A stretch of 64,000 nt of DNA from Myxococcota bacterium (GTDB lineage: Bacteria > Myxococcota_A > UBA796 > UBA2385). The notes under the pieces are model-generated. The model did no database searches, had not been told where the DNA came from, and worked only from the letters and a program-made list of their open reading frames with translations. Below are positions 36,840 through 46,191 of the stretch, in pieces. Both the position numbers and the translations under genes were made by a program. Location: positions 32,001 to 96,000 of the forward strand of contig JBIJDH010000014.1 of NCBI GenBank assembly GCA_044344255.1, read 5' to 3'. Each line of letters begins with the position of its first letter. Within the stretch, counting starts at the first letter, position 1.

Positions 36840-37910
36840 ATGAACGACATGAGGCAGACCACCGCAGAGGGTCACACAGTTGCGGACGCCCTGAAGAAGG
36901 CCGCCGCCGACCTCGGTGTGGACATCTCTCTCGTCCAGCACAAGCTGGACATGAGCCACTTCAAGACCGCCGACGGCCGCTCCCGCGCCGTGGACACCGT
37001 GAAGATCATCGCCTGGGCCAAGGACCCCAGCAGCGCTCAGGGGGCCATCGCCGCCCGGGACTGGCTGAAGGGCCTCCTTCACCACATGGGCGTCGAGGGC
37101 ACCATCGCCTTCCGGGTCAACGGCGACAAGGCCGCAGAGCTGCGCATCGACAGCCCCCGCGCCCGTCACCTCGTCGGTCGACGCGGCAGCACGCTCTACG
37201 CGATCACCTGGCTCATGGAGGCCTCCCTCGCCCCGGCCCACCCCGGCTGGACTTGGCGCCTCTCCGTCGAGGGCGGTGACGACCGCGACGAGCGGCCCCG
37301 CCACGACGACGACCGCCCCCGCCGGGACGACGACCGCCCCCGCCGGGACGACGACCGCCCCCGACGGGACGACGACCGCCCCCGCCGGGACGACGACCGC
37401 CCCCGCCACCAGGAAGACCGCCCTCGCCGGGACGACGATCGGCCCCGCCACGAGGATGACCGCCCCCGCCACCAGGACGACCGCCCGCGTCAGGACGACG
37501 ACCGCCCGCGTCAGGACGACGACCGCCCGCGTCAGGACGACGGTCGCCGCGACGATCGGCCGCGCCGCGAGGACGACCGCGGCCCCCGCCGTGACGACCG
37601 CGGCCCCCGCCGCGACGACCGCGGCCCCCGCCGCGACGACCGCGGCCCTCGGGACAGCTCCGGCCCCCGCAGCGATCGGGACGTCGAGCGGCTGAAGGAG
37701 CTCGCCCGCAAGCTGGCCGCCACCGCGATCGAGTCGGGTGACCCGCAGATCATCCGAAAGCCCCTAAACTCCTTCGAGCGCCGCGTGGTTCACGTGGAGA
37801 TCGCGGAGATCCAGGGTGTCGTCTCGGAGAGCCAGGGTGACGGCGCCCTCAAGACCATCCTCATCCGCCCCCGCCGGGACGGGGAGGGTGAGGGCGGCGA
37901 CGAAGGGTGA
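36840..37910 (+). CDS. jag: Jag/EloR (KhpB) RNA-binding protein with large repeat insertion
   Basis: Jag_N (EG.TV.DAL..A..DL), KH (LVGRRGSTL), R3H (LNSFERRVVH...SESQG); lies between yidC and mnmE. Confidence 0.92.
   Translation: MNDMRQTTAEGHTVADALKKAAADLGVDISLVQHKLDMSHFKTADGRSRAVDTVKIIAWAKDPSSAQGAIAARDWLKGLLHHMGVEGTIAFRVNGDKAAELRIDSPRARHLVGRRGSTLYAITWLMEASLAPAHPGWTWRLSVEGGDDRDERPRHDDDRPRRDDDRPRRDDDRPRRDDDRPRRDDDRPRHQEDRPRRDDDRPRHEDDRPRHQDDRPRQDDDRPRQDDDRPRQDDGRRDDRPRREDDRGPRRDDRGPRRDDRGPRRDDRGPRDSSGPRSDRDVERLKELARKLAATAIESGDPQIIRKPLNSFERRVVHVEIAEIQGVVSESQGDGALKTILIRPRRDGEGEGGDEG
37278..37655 (+). repeat. In-frame 21-bp tandem repeats encoding RxDDDRP and RRDDRGP
   Basis: 11 RxxxDRP heptads followed by 3-4 RRDDRGP-type units. 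Confidence 0.95.
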
Positions 37911-39328
37911 GTCGACCGGGCGGCGACGCCGGGGGCCCCCTCCCGGCGGTCGCTGCGGGCCGCTCCAGCCGTCCCACCGACGGGCTCACCGTGGTCGCCC
38001 CGGCCACCGCGGTCGGGCGAGCCGCCGTGGCCATGGTGCGCCTGTCTGGGCCGGAGGCCGGGCCCATCGCCCGGGCCCTCTGTCCGGGGGGCCCGCCGTG
38101 GCGAAGCCGTCGGGCGGCCCTGCGCGCCTTATACGACGGTGACTCGCTCATCGACGAGGGCCTCGTGCTGTGGATGCCGGGCCCGGCGACCTACACCGGT
38201 GAGGACACCGTCGAGCTGTCCATCCACGGCAACCCGCTGCTGGTCGAACGCGTGGTCGACCGCTGCGTCGCCCTCGGCGCCCGGCCGGCGCGCCCCGGTG
38301 AGCTCACCCGCCGCGCCGTCGAGCATGGCCGGATGGACCTCCTGCGCGCCGAGGCGGTCGGCAGCCTGATCGAGGCCCGCACGGAGGCTGGCCTGGCGAT
38401 CGCACGCGCCGGCCTCTCCGGCGGTCTCGGCCGGCTGTCCCTCGCCCTCCGCGAACGCCTGCTCGACCTCTGCGCCGAGCTCGAGGCCCGCTTCGACGCT
38501 CCGGGTGAAGACCTCGACCTCCTCCCCGACGCGGTCGTCGCCGAGCGCCTCGCCGCCCTCGCCGCCGAGGCCCAGGCCCTGGCGGGCACCTGGCGGGCCG
38601 GGCGACGGCTGCTCCAAGGGGCGCGTGTCGCCCTGATCGGACCGGTGAACGCCGGTAAGTCGAGCCTGTTCAACCACCTGCTGGGCGAGCGCCGGGCCCT
38701 CGTGAGCCCGATGCCCGGCACCACCCGCGACGTGGTCGAGGCTCGCCTCCTGCTCGACGGCCTGGAGATCACCCTCCAGGACACCGCGGGTGAGCGCGAG
38801 ATCGGCCTCGACGACACGGTGTTCGCCGCGGAGCTCGGCCTGGAGGCTGAGGGCATCGAGCTCGGCCGCGCACTCACCCTCGGGGCCGATCTCACGCTCG
38901 TTGTCCTGCCCCTCCACCGGCCGGTCGACCTGGAGGCGCTCCTCGCCCGAACGGCCCACCAGCCGCGCATCCTCGTCGGCACGCACCAGGACTGCGCCCT
39001 CCCCTCCCCTCCGCCGGTCGAGGTCGCCCTCTCCAACCGGAGCGGCGAGGGCATCGACACGCTCCGCGGCGCCATCTCGCGCGCCCTCCGCGAGGGAGCC
39101 GCCCCCGCCGGCGTCGCCCTCCTCCACAGTCAGCGCCAGCACGACCTCCTCCTCGGGATCGCCGACCACACGAGCGCCGCGCGGGGGGCCCTCCTCGGCC
39201 ACCTGGGGCCGGTCGTCGCCGCGATGGAGCTCAGCCGAGCCCTCGACCGCCTCGCCGAGCTCGACGGTCACGATGTCCGCGAGGCCGTGCTCGACCGGGT
39301 CTTCGCCCGCTTCTGCATCGGCAAGTAA
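37907..39328 (+). CDS. mnmE: tRNA modification GTPase MnmE
   Basis: RLSGP, P.TYTGED..E...HG, GPVNAGKSSL, PGTTRD, DTAG and terminal FCIGK. Confidence 0.95.
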   Translation: MSRPGGDAGGPLPAVAAGRSSRPTDGLTVVAPATAVGRAAVAMVRLSGPEAGPIARALCPGGPPWRSRRAALRALYDGDSLIDEGLVLWMPGPATYTGEDTVELSIHGNPLLVERVVDRCVALGARPARPGELTRRAVEHGRMDLLRAEAVGSLIEARTEAGLAIARAGLSGGLGRLSLALRERLLDLCAELEARFDAPGEDLDLLPDAVVAERLAALAAEAQALAGTWRAGRRLLQGARVALIGPVNAGKSSLFNHLLGERRALVSPMPGTTRDVVEARLLLDGLEITLQDTAGEREIGLDDTVFAAELGLEAEGIELGRALTLGADLTLVVLPLHRPVDLEALLARTAHQPRILVGTHQDCALPSPPPVEVALSNRSGEGIDTLRGAISRALREGAAPAGVALLHSQRQHDLLLGIADHTSAARGALLGHLGPVVAAMELSRALDRLAELDGHDVREAVLDRVFARFCIGK

Positions 39329-39363
39329 GATCGAGAAGTAGGATCGGCGAGCTGGCCCGTCGG

Positions 39364-40326
39364 TCAGGAGGCGGGGGGCTCTGTGAGCGGCGACAGGAGC
39401 CCACCGCGGGTGAAACCATCCCAGAACAGCCAGTCGCCGGGCCACCGCCGGAGGACCTCGTTGAGGAAGGCCGCGGTGTGATCCGCCCCCGCCGCGAGGG
39501 CCGCCCGACGGTCCGCAGGGAGCGGGAGCGGCGGCCCGATCTTCGCGGTGTAGAGCGCCTCCTCGAAGGGGGGGCTGCGGTGACAGCAGAGGGTGAGCAG
39601 CGCGGCGCCGGTGCGCGAGGCCATCCAGGCGGGCCCGACCGGCAGGGGCATCGGCTGCCCCAGCACCTCGCGGACGAGCCTGCGGCCGAGCTCCTCCCCG
39701 CCGCCGGTGCCATCGCAGGCGGTCATCACCACCGCCCCCTCTTGGAGCGCCCGCAGCGCCGGCCGGAGGTAGCCTCGCCCATCGTGGAGGGTGACCGGCA
39801 TCCGTCGCTCGAGGCTGGAGCGCAGCGCCGCCGAGCGCCGCCCCTCCTCGGAGAGGTCGACCAAGGTGATCCGCCCGCCCCCGATCTGGTGCATCGGCCA
39901 GCCGAGCCGCCCGAGCACGTGGAGGGGGAGCTGGGCCGGGCCCATGTGGGGGTGCATGAGGACGACGCCGCGCCCCCGGGCTCGCGCCTCCTCGAGGTGC
40001 CGCAGGCCCTCGAAGCGGAGGTAGCGGGGCCAGGTGTCGACGTCACACTTCTCGAAGGAGAAGCTCGCGTACTGATTGGCGAAGTGCGAGCAGAAGGCGG
40101 CGTCGGCGATACGGCCGAGCTCCGCCTCTCCGCGCTCGGGGAGCGCGAGGCGGAGGTTGCCGAGCAAGAGCTCCCGCTTCCCGACCATCGCCCGACCCGC
40201 GGCGCCCCCCATCCAGCGGAGCAGGCGGGCCTCGTAGGGCGCCGGCATCCCCTCGAGGAGCTCGCGCCCGGGCCCCCAGACGAGCCGCCGGTAGAGGTCC
40301 TTGGCGCGCCCTTCCCCGACGATCAC
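39364..40326 (-). CDS. LpxL/LpxP-like lipid acyltransferase
   Basis: EGL.HLEEA...G.GVVL..PHMG, GPAWMA.RTGA and P.DWLFW motifs. Confidence 0.85.
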   Translation of the reverse strand: MIVGEGRAKDLYRRLVWGPGRELLEGMPAPYEARLLRWMGGAAGRAMVGKRELLLGNLRLALPERGEAELGRIADAAFCSHFANQYASFSFEKCDVDTWPRYLRFEGLRHLEEARARGRGVVLMHPHMGPAQLPLHVLGRLGWPMHQIGGGRITLVDLSEEGRRSAALRSSLERRMPVTLHDGRGYLRPALRALQEGAVVMTACDGTGGGEELGRRLVREVLGQPMPLPVGPAWMASRTGAALLTLCCHRSPPFEEALYTAKIGPPLPLPADRRAALAAGADHTAAFLNEVLRRWPGDWLFWDGFTRGGLLSPLTEPPAS

Positions 40327-42311
40327 TGCATGTACCCCAAGGCTTCGAGCCGCTCGCGGGTCTCGGGATCGAGCTCGGCGCCGGAGCGCTCCACCGCGTC
40401 GGCCTTCATCCCGCCGACCAACCGCTCCGCCTCGGCGCGCAGCGGTCCGACTACATCCTCGGGAGCGCCGACGGGGCGGAGCTCCTCGGGGTCCGCGGTG
40501 AGATCGTAGAGGGCCGCGCCAAAGCCGGCCGCCTCTCGCCAGACATAGCGCTGAGCGGCGCTGCGCAGGGCGACCATCCGGTACTGCGGCTGGCTGAGCT
40601 CTCCCCGGGCCCGACCCTGGAGGTTCGCCTCGCGGTCGAAGCAGAGGGAGCGAGCAAATTCACGCCCGGGCCGCCCAAAGGCCAGCGGGGCCAGCGAGCG
40701 CCCCTCGACCCCGGCGGGGATCGGCAGCCCCAACAGCTCGTAGGCGGTGGGGGCGATGTCGCCGAGCTCGGCGATGCCATCGACGGCCACGCCGCTCGGC
40801 AGGGTGCCGGGGGCGCGGATCGCCAGCGGGACGTGGGTGGAGGGCTCGTAGAGGTCGTCGCCGTGGTTGAACCAGACCTCGTGCTCCCCCAGGTTCTCGC
40901 CGTGGTCCGCAGCCACGATCACGACCGCGGAGCCGGCCCTCCCGGAGGCCTCGAGCGCGTGGAGCAGCCGCCCGAGCTGCTGGTCGGCGTAGGAGACCTC
41001 TCCCTGGTACTGCGCGAGGGGCCAACGGCTGTCGGTGATGCCCTTGAGGCTGGGGAGCAGGTAGGGCGCGACGTTCTGGACCCGCTCCATCGAGCGGTTC
41101 TGCGGATCGGTCGGATCACCCTCGTACCAGGCGGTGTCCCACGGCGGAGGGGGGCTGTAGGGGCCGTGGGGATCAAAGAGGTGCAGCCACAGGAAGACCG
41201 GCCGATCGGGGGCGCGGTCCTCCAGCCAGGAGAGGGCCAGGTCCGTGCTCCGATCTCCCCGCCGCTCCAGCACCGCGTTCGGGCGGAGGTGTCGCTCGGC
41301 CATCGCCAGCAGGCGGCCCGGCGCCGTCCGAGACCAGCCCCCGAGTAGGCCGAAGTCATCGTCGTAGACCGCGAAGCCGCGGTCGAGGCCGACGGTCCGG
41401 TCGAGCACATAGGCGCTCACGAAGGCCCCGGTGTCCCAGCCTGCGCGGCGCAGCTCATCGGCCAGCAGCGGCACCTCGGGCATCACCGGCACGCCGTTGA
41501 GCAGGGCGCCGTGGGCCCAGGGGCCCTGGCCCGAGAGGATCGTCGTGTGGCTCGGGCCCGTGACCGCGATCTGAGAGTAGGCCGACCGGAAGCGCACCGC
41601 GCTCGCCGCGAACCGATCGAACTCGGGGCTCTGTCGCTCGACGCCGCTGTACGCGCTCAGGTGATCGGCGCGGGTGGTGTCCATCGTGACGAGGATGAGA
41701 TCACGCGCGTCGGGGCGGGCCTGCCCGAGCGGCGGCAGCTCCCGCCCCCGGGAGGCCGCCCAGCCGCCGAGGCCGATCAACAGCAGCAGAGAGAGCGCGA
41801 GCCGCGGCCGCCCTGCCGGCGTGAAACGGGCGAAGGCCAACCCGAGCAGGCCCACGAGCAGCACGATCCCGAAGAAGACCGGGACGCTGCCGTGCAGCAG
41901 CGGCGGGGTGACGAAGGGCGGCGGGCGGGTGAACCACCGCTCGCCCCGATCGACCGCTAGCGCCGCGCCGAAGCCCACGAGGAGGCCGGTCCAGCCGGGA
42001 TCGAAGCGCAGCGCGGCGCCCCGAAGCGCCGCACGGACGAGCCCGCAGCAGGCTCCCCCGAGGGCGCCGATCAGCCCCATGAGCAGCACATCTCCGAGGA
42101 GGACGAGCGAGGCCCGCAGGGCGGAGGGAGGCAGCGCGACCTCCCGATGGACCCCCAGGGCGTCCCCGAGGCCGACCAGCGCGCCCCCGAGGGCCGCCGC
42201 CGCGATCCAAAGCCAAGCTCCGGCGGATCGACCCGCCTCCCCGGCCGCACCCGGGCGATCGGCGACCAGAAGATCTGCCGCCGGCCCTCGATTTCGTGGC
42301 TGATTCGTCAC
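40323..42311 (-). CDS. Membrane-bound sulfatase-like hydrolase/transferase
   Basis: About 5 N-terminal TMs; DTTRADHL, VTGPSH, WLHLFDPH.PY, ADHGE, HGDDLY and LEALGY motifs. Confidence 0.9.
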   Translation of the reverse strand: MTNQPRNRGPAADLLVADRPGAAGEAGRSAGAWLWIAAAALGGALVGLGDALGVHREVALPPSALRASLVLLGDVLLMGLIGALGGACCGLVRAALRGAALRFDPGWTGLLVGFGAALAVDRGERWFTRPPPFVTPPLLHGSVPVFFGIVLLVGLLGLAFARFTPAGRPRLALSLLLLIGLGGWAASRGRELPPLGQARPDARDLILVTMDTTRADHLSAYSGVERQSPEFDRFAASAVRFRSAYSQIAVTGPSHTTILSGQGPWAHGALLNGVPVMPEVPLLADELRRAGWDTGAFVSAYVLDRTVGLDRGFAVYDDDFGLLGGWSRTAPGRLLAMAERHLRPNAVLERRGDRSTDLALSWLEDRAPDRPVFLWLHLFDPHGPYSPPPPWDTAWYEGDPTDPQNRSMERVQNVAPYLLPSLKGITDSRWPLAQYQGEVSYADQQLGRLLHALEASGRAGSAVVIVAADHGENLGEHEVWFNHGDDLYEPSTHVPLAIRAPGTLPSGVAVDGIAELGDIAPTAYELLGLPIPAGVEGRSLAPLAFGRPGREFARSLCFDREANLQGRARGELSQPQYRMVALRSAAQRYVWREAAGFGAALYDLTADPEELRPVGAPEDVVGPLRAEAERLVGGMKADAVERSGAELDPETRERLEALGYMQ

Positions 42312-42436
42312 CGGGAGCGGTTAACCGACCCGGCCGACCCCCCGCGAGGACGCGGGCCGGGCATGTTAGACTTTCGACTTGTGCCGCGTTCCATCGGTGG
42401 ACGGTCTCCCCTCCCCGAGGTCCTCCCGAGGTCCTG

Positions 42437-44215
42437 ATGCCCTCCTTGATGCCCCCCCGTCGCCTGCTCGTCACCCTCGCCCTCTCCGCTGCCTGGGCGG
42501 GCGCGGCTCACGCGAAGGACATCGCTGTCTCTCCCCTGGTCTCCAAGGGGGTGGACCCGCTGCAGGTGCTCAACCTGACGAGCCTGATCGCCAGCGAGCT
42601 CGACTTCATGGGCGCGTATGACCACGTCACGCAGCTCGAAGCGATGCCCGCCGGCATGAACGGCGACTGCCTCAAGAACGCCGCCTGCCTGAACAAGGCG
42701 GCCCAGTCGGCCTCCAAGGACAGCATCCTGGCCGGCTCGGTCGCGGCTGTGGGCAAGAAGCTCGACGTCACGATGGTGCTCGCCGAGGGCGGCAAGATCG
42801 TGCGCAGCAAGACCTTCCAGATCGCCAACGTCCCGAGCGTCATCGCCGACTCCATGGGCGGCTACGTCAAGGAGGTGGTCACGGGCAAGTCCGCCGCGAA
42901 GGAGGCCGAAGCGACCTCGATGGGCTCCTTCGACGGCGGATCGAGCGGCGACCTCTTCGCCGATGAAGAAGAAGAGCCCGCCGTGTCCCACCGCGTGGCC
43001 ACCCCGAAGGCCAGCGCGCGGCAGCTCGAAGATGAGGGGGCCGACGAGGATGAGGCCGCGGCCGCCGCCGCAGCCGCCGAAGAGGCCCGCGCCGCCGCCG
43101 CCGCCAAGAAGGCCGAGGCCGCCAAGAAGGCCGAGGCCGCCAAGAAGGCCGAGGCCGCCCGTCAGGCCGAAGAGGCTCGTCAAGCCGAAGAGGCCCGCGC
43201 CGCCGCCGCCGAGGAGGCCCGTCAGGCCGAGCTCGCCCGCAAGGCCGAGGCCGCCCGCAAGGCCGAGGCCGCCCGCAAGGCCGCCGCGGCGAAGCAGGCC
43301 GCCGAAGCGGAGGAGGCCACCGCGGACGGTGGCGAAGAAGAAGAGATGGAGGACATCCAGTTCGGCAAGGTCGCCGGCCGCATCCAGCAAGACACCGACG
43401 AAGAACAGGAAGAGGCCGGGGGCTCGAGCGCCGCCGTCTCCTACTCCGACGACGGCGGTGAGGCCGAAGAAGAGGAAGAGGCCGCGCCCCCTCCTCCGCC
43501 GAAGAAGGCGAGCTCCTCGTCGAGCAAGAGCTCCTCGTCGTCCAAGAGCTCCTCGTCATCCAAGAGCTCCGCCTCCCGCGCGTCCACCTACGATGAAGAA
43601 GACGAGGGTGGGGGACAGGAAGAAGAAGAGGAGAGCGACGAGGACTTCGAGCCCCGCCGCAGCAGCTCGAGCAGCAAGGACAACAAGTCCAGCAAGAACA
43701 AGAAGTCCAGCTCCGACGACTGGGAGGGCTCCAAGGCCACCCTGACGGGGCGCGGCGGCTACGCCAAGATCCAGGACCTCGGCTTCGGCGCGGCGGGGGT
43801 GGAGGTGCGCCTCTTCCCGAAGCCCCGCGTCGGGCTCGTGGGGGGCATCGACTTCCTCACCACCCACCGCGAGATCCCGAAGGAGATGTGGGTCGAGGGT
43901 CAGCCGATCGAGGAGTACAACACGATCATGCCCTTTAACCTGGGCGTGCAGTACCTCTTCGGCTCGGCGAAGTCGCACCCCTACCTGGGCGCCGACGTCA
44001 TCCTCATCCCCGGCTACGTCAAGGACGTGAAGGGGACGGCCGGGGGCTTCCGCGCCCGCACCGGCCTCGACTACATGTTCGCCGACTCTGTCGGTTGGAA
44101 CGTCAACCTGGGCGTGGGCTACATCGGCGGCAAGAACTTCACCCAGGTGGGTGACGGCTTCACCAAGGGGGCCCTCTCCCCTGAGCTGAACACGGGGCTG
44201 GTGGTCACCTTCTGA
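42437..44215 (+). CDS. Exported protein with N-terminal alpha/beta domain, TolA-like and Ser/Glu-rich linker, and C-terminal outer-membrane beta-barrel
   Basis: Signal peptide ending AHA; AAKKAE and SSSSSK repeats; about 8 amphipathic strands (HPYLGA, GLDYMF) ending GLVVTF. Confidence 0.8.
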   Translation: MPSLMPPRRLLVTLALSAAWAGAAHAKDIAVSPLVSKGVDPLQVLNLTSLIASELDFMGAYDHVTQLEAMPAGMNGDCLKNAACLNKAAQSASKDSILAGSVAAVGKKLDVTMVLAEGGKIVRSKTFQIANVPSVIADSMGGYVKEVVTGKSAAKEAEATSMGSFDGGSSGDLFADEEEEPAVSHRVATPKASARQLEDEGADEDEAAAAAAAAEEARAAAAAKKAEAAKKAEAAKKAEAARQAEEARQAEEARAAAAEEARQAELARKAEAARKAEAARKAAAAKQAAEAEEATADGGEEEEMEDIQFGKVAGRIQQDTDEEQEEAGGSSAAVSYSDDGGEAEEEEEAAPPPPPKKASSSSSKSSSSSKSSSSSKSSASRASTYDEEDEGGGQEEEEESDEDFEPRRSSSSSKDNKSSKNKKSSSDDWEGSKATLTGRGGYAKIQDLGFGAAGVEVRLFPKPRVGLVGGIDFLTTHREIPKEMWVEGQPIEEYNTIMPFNLGVQYLFGSAKSHPYLGADVILIPGYVKDVKGTAGGFRARTGLDYMFADSVGWNVNLGVGYIGGKNFTQVGDGFTKGALSPELNTGLVVTF

Positions 44216-46191
44216 TGGGCCTCCCCCGAGGCCTCATCGTTGGGAACATCCTCCAGGCCGCGGTCTTCGGGCTCCTCTCCGCGGAGCTGTGGCGCCGAGG
44301 TGGCCCCACGGGCCCGCTGCTCCTGGTCGCGGCGGGGGCGCAGCTCCTCTCGGCGCTGATGAGCGCGCTGCGGCGGGAAGCGCTCGCCCGGGCCTCCGCC
44401 GGGCTCTCGCTGCTCGCCGTCAGCGCGGTGGTGGGCCTCTTCGCCCACGCCTGCTTGCACATCATCGACCGCTTCGGCCCCGAGGCGGCCGGCACCGGCA
44501 AAGAGGTCCTGCTCGGCCTCTTGCTGGCCCTCCCTTGGGTCGTGCTCTTCCCCGCCTACCAGAGCCTCCGCGGGCGGCCGGCCGCGGGCGCGCTGCTGCT
44601 GCTCCCCCTGCTCCTCCCGCCCGCGGTGGGCGCCATCACCGATCGACCCACACAGGCCTGGGAGGCGGCGCCGGACCTCTCCCTCGCCGCCAGCTCGGCC
44701 TGGACCCGCTGGAACGCCGGCAGCAGCGTGGTCGCGGGCCCCCCGATCCGCGGGGACGCGGCGGCCGTCGTGCTGCTCACCCCCTGGATCGAGGGCGTCG
44801 CCGGCGAGACCGTCCGGGGAGATGGCCCCACCCTCTCCGCCGCGCTCGAGGCCGCCCTCGCGGGGCTCGCCGCCCCCCGCGGCGACCGGCTCGCCCTGGT
44901 GCTGGACCACGCCCGCCTCCGTTACACGTCCGGCCTCGTGGCCGTCGGGCGAGGCGGCGGCCTCGGCGCAGAGGGAGGCCGCTCCCCCTCCGAGCGCTGG
45001 CGGCCGGATGGGGTCCGCTTTACGAGCCTGTTCCCCGGCTGGAGCGCCCCGGCGCCCCGCCTCGAGGGGCAGGACCCGACCGTCTTTGACAGCGTGCTGG
45101 TCGATGAGGCCGGGCCCCGCCGCCTCGGCGCCGGCTGGGTGGCGCCCCCGCCGCTCACCGCCGAGAGCGCGCTCCAGGCCGCCATCGCGGGCGGTCGGAT
45201 GCTGGCGCACAACCAGGACGCGGACGGGCGTTACGCCTACACGGTCCTCGGGCCCTCGGGCGAGCGGGGCCGCGGCTACAACCTCCCGCGCCACGCAGGC
45301 GCCACCTGGTTCCTCGCCCGCCTCGCCGCCCGCACCGGGGACGCCGAGCTCGCCGCCGCTGCCGATCGCGGGCTCTCGCTCCTGGTCGCCAAGAGCCACC
45401 CCCTGCCCGGCGGCCGCAGCTTCGTCGCCGAGGGTGACAAGCGCGAGGGCATCGCCTGGGTGGGCACGACCGCCCTCGCCCTGCTGGCGGCCGACCTCCG
45501 CGACCACCCCTCCGCCCCGGCCTGGGCGGCCTTCGTGGCGAGCGCGATCGACGAGGTCGGCCGGGCTCGCGGCAACGCCCAGCGCGCCACCGGCGAATTC
45601 AAGACCCCCACCCTCAATTCCTATGGGCAGGGCCAGGTGATGCTGGCGCTCGCGCGGCGCGCCCGGGCCGGCGGCGACCCTGCGCTCGACGCCGCCGCCC
45701 TCCGCGGCGCCGCCTTCCTCGACGACGGCTACACCCGCCTCGCCTCCAACCAGCTCATCTCCCTCGACGAGCACTGGGCCTGCCTGACCGCCCTGGCGCT
45801 GCGGGAGACCTTCGGACAGGCCGCCGGCCAGGACCTCTGCGTCGCCTACCTCGACCAGGAGCGCGCCCGCTTCCCGCGGGTGGAGGAGGGTCGCCGCGCC
45901 TCCGCCGGGGCCGCAGGGGGGATGGCCGAGGCCGTGGTCGCCCTGGCCGTCCTCGACCCCGAGGGCCCGTGGGCGGCCGAGGCCCTCGAGTATGGCAAGC
46001 TCTTCCTCGACTCCGCCTATCAGCCTGGCGACGCCCCCTTCCTGCGGGACCCCGCCGCCCTCGAGGGCGGCTTTCGGGACAGCCCCTGGGAGCTCGACGT
46101 GCGCATGGACGCCGTCCAGCACATCGGCTGCGCCCTGCTCGGCGTCGAGGCCCTGCTGAGCGGCGTCGTCCGCCCGGGCTCGCTGCCGTGA
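44215..46191 (+). CDS. Membrane protein with C-terminal alpha/alpha-toroid-like domain
   Basis: About 5 TMs; DGRYAY, YNLPRHAG, YGQGQ..LAL, EHW and GGFR......RMDAVQH; TGATG coupling to the upstream gene. Confidence 0.75.
   Translation: MGLPRGLIVGNILQAAVFGLLSAELWRRGGPTGPLLLVAAGAQLLSALMSALRREALARASAGLSLLAVSAVVGLFAHACLHIIDRFGPEAAGTGKEVLLGLLLALPWVVLFPAYQSLRGRPAAGALLLLPLLLPPAVGAITDRPTQAWEAAPDLSLAASSAWTRWNAGSSVVAGPPIRGDAAAVVLLTPWIEGVAGETVRGDGPTLSAALEAALAGLAAPRGDRLALVLDHARLRYTSGLVAVGRGGGLGAEGGRSPSERWRPDGVRFTSLFPGWSAPAPRLEGQDPTVFDSVLVDEAGPRRLGAGWVAPPPLTAESALQAAIAGGRMLAHNQDADGRYAYTVLGPSGERGRGYNLPRHAGATWFLARLAARTGDAELAAAADRGLSLLVAKSHPLPGGRSFVAEGDKREGIAWVGTTALALLAADLRDHPSAPAWAAFVASAIDEVGRARGNAQRATGEFKTPTLNSYGQGQVMLALARRARAGGDPALDAAALRGAAFLDDGYTRLASNQLISLDEHWACLTALALRETFGQAAGQDLCVAYLDQERARFPRVEEGRRASAGAAGGMAEAVVALAVLDPEGPWAAEALEYGKLFLDSAYQPGDAPFLRDPAALEGGFRDSPWELDVRMDAVQHIGCALLGVEALLSGVVRPGSLP

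Noticed and set aside
37278..37655. Possible CRISPR array
   Set aside because: Contiguous in-frame 21-bp units without spacers, inside jag; no cas genes in the window.
37786..37801. parS-like sequence TGGTTCACGTGGAGAT
   Set aside because: About five mismatches to the consensus, not palindromic, and explained by the R3H codons.
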